This document shows, piece after piece, positions 26,838-32,659 of a stretch of 32,659 bases of DNA (position 1 is its first letter; every line of letters begins with the position of its first letter). A model generated the notes under the pieces. That model saw nothing but the letters and a program-made list of their open reading frames with translations, was not told the origin of the DNA and searched no databases. Origin of the DNA: Candidatus Latescibacterota bacterium (GTDB lineage: Bacteria; Latescibacterota; UBA2968); the NCBI GenBank assembly GCA_038279365.1, contig JAYODI010000069.1, positions 1 to 32,659 on the forward strand. Direction: 5' to 3'. Both the position numbers and the translations under genes were made by a program.

Positions 26838-28354
26838 CCCTCGAAGACACGCTCCTCAAGTTCAAAATCCCCTATGCTCACGCGCACCGAGGCATAAGCT
26901 CCCGGAGCCTCTACAAAAACCAGGCCATCTTCCTCGACAATGGGTTTGCTCAACCCGTTCACTGACATCCATACCATCATCTCCGCCGCGTCCTTGTGGG
27001 TCTTCAGTTTCTGGGTGATGAGGCTGCCCTTGCTTTGTACGGACCAGAACTGATTGAAAGCAACGCGGTTATTCTCGGGCCGAGGAACAGGAACAATTCT
27101 TGGATCACCATCGCCCTTAAAGATTGCGCCCTGCCACCGGCCTTGGCTGCTGATCATGACCCAGTCGGCAAAGGGTCTTGCCTCCGTCATGGGTGTTCCA
27201 AGGATGAATGCCGGGTCACAGTAGCTGTAGCGCAGAATACCCCCTCCATCCGTTCGAACCTGATTCGGTTGTTGATCTGGTCGATCCATGTGCGGGAACG
27301 TGTGCCCCTGCTTGCCTAGGCCCTGAACGCGCTGACGGATCTCGTAACGGCCACGTCCTTCCGTATCACGTGCAATGTCGGCCACCACTGCCGGAGGGCG
27401 GTAACCGCTCAGCAGCGCGCCAATGTCGTGCCCGCTCAGGTGTGGTTGCTTGCCGATGGCAAAATAGAGCCATGCAAGGACGGCGTTCCCGCCTTCCCGG
27501 CCCTGCATGTAGGGGTTGTTGCCATTGATCCTTGAACGACCGCCACCCATATGTCCCATGATCTGCTCTTCTGCCCAGTAGGCGAAGTACATGTCCAGAA
27601 ACATCTCAACTGCTTTCTTCACACATTCGCTGCCAAAGTCATAGAAGTTGTAAAATCCCTTGATGAGTGTTGCGTTGTAGCCGTCACTCCGCATTTCAAT
27701 GCACAGGCCCTTCTTTGCACGCTCTCGGCAATAGACCACGATATATTCGCTCCACGCGTCGTAAAGTTCGGACAAGGTTGCGCCATCTTCACACGTGCGG
27801 TCTTTGTACTGTGGCAGATCTTTCGCGTATTTGGAGAAATGCCAGTGACACGTGAAATCCATCGCATGGTGATTCTCAGAACTGTAGACATGCCAGGTGC
27901 CGGAATCCTGGTGGTTTGCCTTTTCACGCCAGGAACATTTCGACGTGTAGAGCCACATCGGTTCCAGAACTTTCGTTTCTGTTTCCATCGTCAGCCTGCC
28001 CGGGGTCGCGCTACCATTCGGTCCGTACATTTCAAGCAGACGCAGTACGATCTCCGCGTGCCAGTGGAAGCTGTCTCGGTCGCTGATCGTTAGGGGGTTG
28101 TCGAGGTAGTATTGTGCATTCTCAACAAGCGCTTCATTCGCCTCATCCAGCATCTCATCGAGGTACAGGCATCGTGCGGCAAACGCCATGATGGAATAGG
28201 AGTAGGCCCGGACGTAGTCACCGCGTCCTAGGCTAAGGGGTTTCTGCTTCTTGGCGCGCACCAGGGGTTTGCCCGATTCTGCGCGGAACATCGTGTCCAC
28301 CCGTTGGTCAAAACCCGCCACGACTGCTTCGATGGTTAAATTGTCTTGAATCAT
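26789..28354 (-). CDS. Hypothetical protein, N-terminal part of a frameshifted gene; possibly heparinase II/III-like or polysaccharide-lyase-like fold
   Basis: Long ORF with a helical N-half (SSENHHAM) and beta-rich C-half. Fold assignment is inference only. Confidence 0.7.
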   Translation of the reverse strand: MIQDNLTIEAVVAGFDQRVDTMFRAESGKPLVRAKKQKPLSLGRGDYVRAYSYSIMAFAARCLYLDEMLDEANEALVENAQYYLDNPLTISDRDSFHWHAEIVLRLLEMYGPNGSATPGRLTMETETKVLEPMWLYTSKCSWREKANHQDSGTWHVYSSENHHAMDFTCHWHFSKYAKDLPQYKDRTCEDGATLSELYDAWSEYIVVYCRERAKKGLCIEMRSDGYNATLIKGFYNFYDFGSECVKKAVEMFLDMYFAYWAEEQIMGHMGGGRSRINGNNPYMQGREGGNAVLAWLYFAIGKQPHLSGHDIGALLSGYRPPAVVADIARDTEGRGRYEIRQRVQGLGKQGHTFPHMDRPDQQPNQVRTDGGGILRYSYCDPAFILGTPMTEARPFADWVMISSQGRWQGAIFKGDGDPRIVPVPRPENNRVAFNQFWSVQSKGSLITQKLKTHKDAAEMMVWMSVNGLSKPIVEEDGLVFVEAPGAYASVRVSIGDFELEERVFEGKKKKAMCTERRLHTS

Positions 28355-28388
28355 TCGATTCCCTTTGTCCTGTAAGATACTGCGCGCG

Positions 28389-28433
28389 TTAATCGCCGAT
28401 TATTGTTTTAAAATCCAACACCTTCTTCCGCTC
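28389..28433 (-). pseudogene. 3' remnant of a paralog of the 26478..28354 gene
   Basis: Encodes ERKKVLDFKTIIGD* versus KRKKVLEF*. 20/23 nt identity (28410-28432 vs 26481-26503), with all three differences at third codon positions. Confidence 0.6.
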
Positions 28434-29628
28434 AGATTGGCTCGTTGCTGCGAAACCGGTCCGGTGCCAGTGCAGCTGCTGGAATTGGGCTGGTCCACTC
28501 CTGTTCGAGAAGTAGCGATGCACCCAACTCGCCAAGCGCGTCGCCTGACTTCGCCGAGTACCCGTTTCCACCGAGCTGAAGGCAGATCTTGCCATCTTCG
28601 ACAAGCCCGATGACTGGCCTACGATCCGGCGTGTTGGTCGTAACACACGCCAGCGATTTCCAGTGGTTCGTATCCAGTGAGGGCATCAGTTCGTGCAATT
28701 CCTGGATCAGTCGGTGGTTCAGTTTCGGGTCATCTCCTGTGCGGAACCATCCATTAAGTTCATCTATGTTGCCGAGTGACGGTCGAGGGCCTTCGATGCC
28801 GATCTTCAAATAAAAATTGCCGTCTGGGTACTGCAACGGAGGGAGAATGTAGGTGCCGATGCGGTCGCCGATCGGTTTGCTAATTAGACTGGGCATGCCT
28901 GCTAGTTCGCCTTTGGCTATCGCCTCTGGGACGTCGATGAGGACCAATGTGTACTTGTTGGTTTTGAGCGGAATGCGCACTGGCGACAGGCCGTCAAACG
29001 CGGCATACGCCCCGGTCGCGATCATGGCTCGATCAGCGGTGACCACATCGCCGTTCTCTAAAACGATGCTGACTCTGTCTCCGGTCGTCTCAACGTTCAC
29101 GGCGTAGCCATTGATGAGGTCGGTGCCCTGCTGGACCGCACGTTCGGCCATGGCAGCAACATAGGACCTTGGATCTATCGTTCCACTGTCGCCGTCCTGG
29201 TACAGGATCGTCATGTCGGGATCAAATGTGAAATAGGGAAACAGTTGCTCTTGTTCTGAGCGGTCAAGTTTCGAGATCTTCCCGCCAGCCTGTCGGGTTG
29301 TTTCGAAGGTTTCAGTGGCGATTTGCGCGTTGCTGCCCGCCCAAATGAAGCCGGTCTCGTTGAAGATCTTCCGACCGGTCGCCTCTTCGAGCGCCCGGTA
29401 CCGCCCAATAGAGCGCTTGGCAACGCCGCTCCAGAACGGGTCAGGATCAGCAATCCGAGTGACACGCCCAACGTCGTAGTGGCTTGCCTTCGGAACATCG
29501 ACCGAATCGTCGGCCATACTTTCCGTTGGGCCCAGAAGTGCAACGCCATCGCTTGCTGCTGAAAGATGCATTGCCGCAGCGCTGCCCATGATGCCCCGAC
29601 CAACAACAACAAACTTGTAATGATTCAT
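28432..29628 (-). CDS. FAD-dependent oxidoreductase (monomeric sarcosine oxidase / DAO family)
   Basis: Rossmann VVVGRGIMGSAAA, ASHYDVGRVTR, GTIDP, IATGAY, CVTTNTPD..PVIG, GGNGYSAK. AAGGA RBS. Confidence 0.9.
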   Translation of the reverse strand: MNHYKFVVVGRGIMGSAAAMHLSAASDGVALLGPTESMADDSVDVPKASHYDVGRVTRIADPDPFWSGVAKRSIGRYRALEEATGRKIFNETGFIWAGSNAQIATETFETTRQAGGKISKLDRSEQEQLFPYFTFDPDMTILYQDGDSGTIDPRSYVAAMAERAVQQGTDLINGYAVNVETTGDRVSIVLENGDVVTADRAMIATGAYAAFDGLSPVRIPLKTNKYTLVLIDVPEAIAKGELAGMPSLISKPIGDRIGTYILPPLQYPDGNFYLKIGIEGPRPSLGNIDELNGWFRTGDDPKLNHRLIQELHELMPSLDTNHWKSLACVTTNTPDRRPVIGLVEDGKICLQLGGNGYSAKSGDALGELGASLLLEQEWTSPIPAAALAPDRFRSNEPI

Positions 29629-29761
29629 TCCATATTCCTTGCAAAGGTGAAATCTAAGGACCTCGGATCAGCCGCAAATATACACACGAGCCTAGCACCG
29701 GCATGGCATTTAACAGTTGCCATTGCCGACGAGGGTTTATCATTATTGAGTAAGGTAATTA

Positions 29762-29983
29762 TTGACCTCGCTCTCAGAAGACTCAACAGTTGAAATCATT
29801 CCTTTGTCGGAAGTTTTGTTTGACCGAGCCTTTACGTTTTATCAATCGTGCCAAGACAAAGAGTGGGGAATAACCGATTGCATATCGTTTGTGGTGATGC
29901 AAGACAGAGGTTTAACCGATGCATTGACTGCCGATGACCATTTTCAACAAGCTGGATACCGAGTCCTATTAAAAGAATTTTGA
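29762..29983 (+). pseudogene. vapC: 5'-truncated PIN-domain (VapC) toxin
   Basis: C-terminal PIN motifs DKEWGITDCISFVVM and ALTADDHFQQAG are present. The N-terminal xDT motif is absent, there is an in-frame TAA at 29756, and no antitoxin lies upstream. Confidence 0.8.
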
Positions 29984-30010
29984 TTCACAAAATTTAAGAT
30001 GAAGTATTTT

Positions 30011-30048
30011 CCGCAATAGCAGAGCCTTTTCGCTGTTGCGGTTTTTTT
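30011..30048 (+). terminator. Rho-independent terminator after the vapC fragment
   Basis: CCGCAATAGC-loop-GCTGTTGCGG followed by T7. Confidence 0.75.
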
Positions 30049-30084
30049 GTGTGCTATGAGTTTTTTGGGGGATGGGGTGCTTTT

Positions 30085-30171
30085 GTCTAACGGTTTAAAT
30101 TCACGAACCTGCCGGTGTTTTTTCGGCAGGTTGTGGGAGTTGGGTTTGGTGCGTTGAATTTGGTGTTAAAT
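30085..30171 (-). mobile_element. attC-like recombination site 1 (87 bp)
   Basis: Minus strand ATTTAAC...GTTAGAC matches RYYYAAC...GTTRRRY. Inner stem AAATTCACG/CGTTGAATTT with one extra base, and internal hairpin AACCTGCCG-9 nt-CGGCAGGTT. Confidence 0.78.
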
Positions 30172-30263
30172 GCTGTTGCAAAGGGGTGGCTTTGCCACTA
30201 TCAGTTTCCATTCATGGCGACATTTCAGGGTGCGCCATACAGAATATTTTTCTTCTTTCGAAG

Positions 30264-31661
30264 TTATTTCTCGACGGGATTCGCACGTGTGATGAACAAC
30301 ACCGCAGGATCATCAAATGGGACACTAAGTGTTCGCTTCGCACCACCTATAATGGTCAGTCGATCTGATACTTCGCTGACGTCGGATGATCTCCACTCGG
30401 CTATAAATGGACCGGGATGCGCTGACAAATCCACTACAATGTCTTCTGCTTCGGGAGCGAATATAAGATATGACACACCTGCCTCTGCCAGACAATAGCT
30501 TGTAGATGCAAGTGCATTTTGAGGTATAGCGCGGGCAAGATTCATGCGCTGCGTGAATTCGAGAGCTTGTCCCATGGCTTTGCGCGTCGCGTCATATTCA
30601 GGTGGGAATGGTTTCGCCAGCACTCTACCGTCATAGGGGTCCATGAATATCGGATTTAGACCGCGTGTCACTGATTTCCAGACCCAAGATGCGTCACCGC
30701 CAATGCCCCAGAGGTGATCGGTATCACTGATTACGACTTTATGACCTTTTGTATCGGGTGGGTCATCTCTATAACCACCTTCGGAGTTTGGTGATACCCA
30801 ATCCGCTGGACTGGCAAAAAGCGTCTCATTACTTCCTCGTTTGTTTTGATATGTCATGCCTACTGGATGTTGTTTTGGCAATCGTTGCTCGCACTCTTTG
30901 ATGAAATTAATCATGTGATATTGCCACGCCGTTGAACTGGGGTGCGTTTCGTTTGAGATCTCATATAACACATTATCGTATTCGTTGAGTCCCTTCACAA
31001 CCCAGTGAACATAGTTTTCCTGAATACGTGTCACCTGCGGATCTGCAAGTTGGTGAACTTCAAGCCCTTTACCATCTCCATTTGTATCACCATTGATCCC
31101 CGTTACATTATTTGCCGAATTAAGTGGGTGATTAGGCCAGGAATCTGCCAAGAACTGAACGCCAAATCCCTCAAAGAGCATAATAGAAATGAAAATACCT
31201 TGTTCCTGAGCCTCATTTACTCGTGTCTTAAGTCGAGAGAGATAGTCAGGGTTCAATTTTTCAAGATCAAATTTGGGATGGCCATCTAATGCGAGTCCAG
31301 GGCCACTCCTGATCCAAGGGTGCGGTGATACTGTATGAGAGCTATTGCGCCAATTGGGATTCTTCATTTTCGAAGTGTCCCATTTTGTGGGTTCCCACGT
31401 CCAGCCACGTACAAAGTTGTGCCCATAGCCACGAAGCCAGGCAAGGTAGGCACCAAAGTCAAAGGCGTTCGGGGGATCAGATGGGCCGATGTCCACTATA
31501 TTTGCCCAAGTATGGGAGCCTGTCAGCAAAATAGCACGCCCAGAGCTATCACTAAAATAGCGCGGGTTTTCTGGATGTACCCGCAGTGGGCCAGTTGACT
31601 GAGCCGGGGCCTGTATAGAACCAAGCGCGGAGCAAACAAGCGTTGCAATCACTCGTTTCAT
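30264..31661 (-). CDS. Secreted glycoside-hydrolase-like protein (GH-A/TIM barrel, DUF4038/DUF6298-like) with C-terminal beta domain
   Basis: Signal peptide, GPLRVHPENPRYF, LTGSHTW, acid/base-like YEISNE, HPVGMT, SDTDHLWG. AGGAG RBS. Confidence 0.78.
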   Translation of the reverse strand: MKRVIATLVCSALGSIQAPAQSTGPLRVHPENPRYFSDSSGRAILLTGSHTWANIVDIGPSDPPNAFDFGAYLAWLRGYGHNFVRGWTWEPTKWDTSKMKNPNWRNSSHTVSPHPWIRSGPGLALDGHPKFDLEKLNPDYLSRLKTRVNEAQEQGIFISIMLFEGFGVQFLADSWPNHPLNSANNVTGINGDTNGDGKGLEVHQLADPQVTRIQENYVHWVVKGLNEYDNVLYEISNETHPSSTAWQYHMINFIKECEQRLPKQHPVGMTYQNKRGSNETLFASPADWVSPNSEGGYRDDPPDTKGHKVVISDTDHLWGIGGDASWVWKSVTRGLNPIFMDPYDGRVLAKPFPPEYDATRKAMGQALEFTQRMNLARAIPQNALASTSYCLAEAGVSYLIFAPEAEDIVVDLSAHPGPFIAEWRSSDVSEVSDRLTIIGGAKRTLSVPFDDPAVLFITRANPVEK

Positions 31662-31727
31662 CGTATTTCTCCTGGTTTTATTTTTTGCACGCTATAAGAT
31701 TTTTCTGGGTGGTATTGGGGCAATTGC

Positions 31728-31819
31728 ACATAACGGTTTGCACACACGAACTCGGCTGAGGAACGAAGACGGGTTGAGGGCAGGGTGGTAAGGATGGGAG
31801 CGTGTGTGCGTTGTTATGA
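31728..31819 (-). mobile_element. attC-like recombination site 2 (92 bp)
   Basis: Plus strand ACATAAC-GGTTT-GCACACACG...CGTGTGTGC-GTT-GTTATGA with a perfect 9-bp stem. Internal hairpin AACTCGGCT-9 nt-AGACGGGTT sits at the same offset as in site 1. Confidence 0.78.
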
Positions 31820-31883
31820 GATGTGGCATTTTACACTCAGGAAAGCGAAAAAGAGGCACCATTGAGTTTCTGGTTTTTCGATT

Positions 31884-32273
31884 TCATTTTTTTACTTCAA
31901 AAACGTGGTTGCTGAGCCATGCTATCAGATTTTCTCGTGTGACTTGACTGGAGGCAACACCCAAGATCAGACTTTCCTGCTCATCTACGCTGGCTTGGAT
32001 CTCATGCCCATTAAGAATCAGGAAAACTTCCATCGCAGCATGGCCCAATCGTTTATTTCCATCAACAAATGGATGGTTTTGCACCAATGAAAAACATAAT
32101 GCCCCTGCTTTTTCTATCAGTGTAGGATAAAGATCTTGGCCCCCAAAAGTCATACGGGGTTGCGCAATGGCTGATTCCAAACCGCCAAGATCACGCAACC
32201 CCGAAGCACCACCACTTTGATCCATAATCCGTCTGTGAAGTTCAATAACTTCAGATAGGGAAAGATACCGCAT
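31884..32273 (-). CDS. doc: Death-on-curing (Doc/Fic) family toxin
   Basis: [11 protein letters not shown], Doc-type Fic motif [12 protein letters not shown] overlaps the antitoxin stop (TGATG). Confidence 0.95.
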   Translation of the reverse strand: MRYLSLSEVIELHRRIMDQSGGASGLRDLGGLESAIAQPRMTFGGQDLYPTLIEKAGALCFSLVQNHPFVDGNKRLGHAAMEVFLILNGHEIQASVDEQESLILGVASSQVTRENLIAWLSNHVFEVKK

Positions 32274-32467
32274 CAACTCAACCTTCTATAAAGTTCTTTG
32301 TTTTTCTTGAGAACGTGTTGAGTAGCTGCTTCAAAATCTTCTTTCGGTTGATCGAGTAAATCATTCAGTGCGGCTTTGGCTAGTTCTTCTGGTCGAATGC
32401 CAAGCCGTTTAGCCGTTAAATCCAACTTTTCATTTTGAGTTTCTGTCAAATCAAACGAAAGTTTCAT
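32273..32467 (-). CDS. Antitoxin cognate to Doc (ribbon-helix-helix-like)
   Basis: 64 aa, AGGAG RBS, directly upstream of and coupled to doc, C-terminal [10 protein letters not shown] typical of Doc antitoxins. Confidence 0.88.
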   Translation of the reverse strand: MKLSFDLTETQNEKLDLTAKRLGIRPEELAKAALNDLLDQPKEDFEAATQHVLKKNKELYRRLS

Positions 32468-32507
32468 GGTATCTCCTTTGGGTAATAATTCGGATACTTA
32501 TAAAATC

Positions 32508-32520
32508 GCTAAATATTAGC
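32508..32520. promoter_or_regulatory. Palindrome, candidate TA autoregulatory operator
   Basis: GCTAA-ATA-TTAGC about 40 nt upstream of the antitoxin start. Confidence 0.35.
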
Positions 32521-32604
32521 CAAAGTTCAAGTGTGATTTTAGGTTGTTGATTTTTTGGGTTTGCCTCAATATCAAAAATTCTTTTACTCTTAAAATGCCA
32601 TTTC

Positions 32605-32659
32605 TCATAACGTATAAGGTTCAAGAACCTGCCAGTGGTTTCTTGGCAGGTTGTGGGTG
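32605..32659 (-). mobile_element. attC-like recombination site 3 (partial, cut by window end)
   Basis: TCATAAC-14 nt-AACCTGCCA-9 nt-TGGCAGGTT-GTGGG, same geometry as sites 1 and 2. Confidence 0.72.

Larger units (their letters stand above)
30085..32659 (-). mobile_element. Integron-like gene cassette array (CALIN-like), continues past the right edge of the window
   Basis: Three attC-like sites alternate with co-oriented, unrelated cargo (GH-like gene, TA pair). The two ends of each cassette are mutually complementary. No integrase in the window. Confidence 0.72.

Noticed and set aside
30148-30171. GGTGCGTTGAATTTGGTGTTAAAT resembles the E. coli dif site
   Set aside because: It is four bases too short between the arms, both arms are mismatched, and sites 2 and 3 lack it. 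It is better explained as the arm of the attC-like element.
31813-32611. TA module as an IS/MITE with 21-bp terminal inverted repeats
   Set aside because: There is no transposase or evident target duplication, and the repeat ends coincide exactly with the GTT/AAC core boxes of the flanking sites.
30085-32659. Repeated hairpins as a CRISPR array or simple terminators
   Set aside because: Spacing is gene-sized, the repeats are conserved in structure rather than sequence, there are no cas genes, and there are no poly-T tails.
1-32659. tRNA, rRNA, riboswitch or integrase/transposase genes
   Set aside because: None recognisable by eye. A covariance-model search was not possible, so small ncRNAs cannot be excluded.

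Overview
Bacterial chromosomal window, probably from an FCB-group lineage such as Candidatus Latescibacterota (inferred from the FlgD/T9SS-like C-terminal domains paired with dockerin/cohesin modules). Left (0.2-10.9 kb): two tandem paralogous giant secreted proteins built as cohesin-like N-domain(s), 7 or 10 FN3-like repeats, two further FN3/Ig-like domains, dockerin-like EF-hand pair, cohesin-like domain and C-terminal sorting domain. Middle (11.4-26.1 kb): a MinD/FlhG-like ATPase coupled to a degenerate GT9 protein; a divergent Pro-rich protein; an ATP-grasp ligase-larE-def-PHP-moaD-moaE-dual-specificity phosphatase cluster containing two heptamer-repeat hairpins; then M14 peptidase, rhodanese lipoprotein, membrane protein, Nudix, PhyH-HEAT and DUF4336-like genes. 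Right (26.4-32.7 kb): an accessory region with a gene split at an A9 slippery run, a remnant of its paralog, an FAD oxidoreductase and a truncated vapC. It ends in an integron-like cassette array in which three structurally conserved, non-canonical attC-like hairpins bracket a secreted glycoside-hydrolase-like gene and a Doc toxin-antitoxin pair. The array runs off the right edge and no integrase is visible. All family calls come from motif recognition by eye, not database searches.
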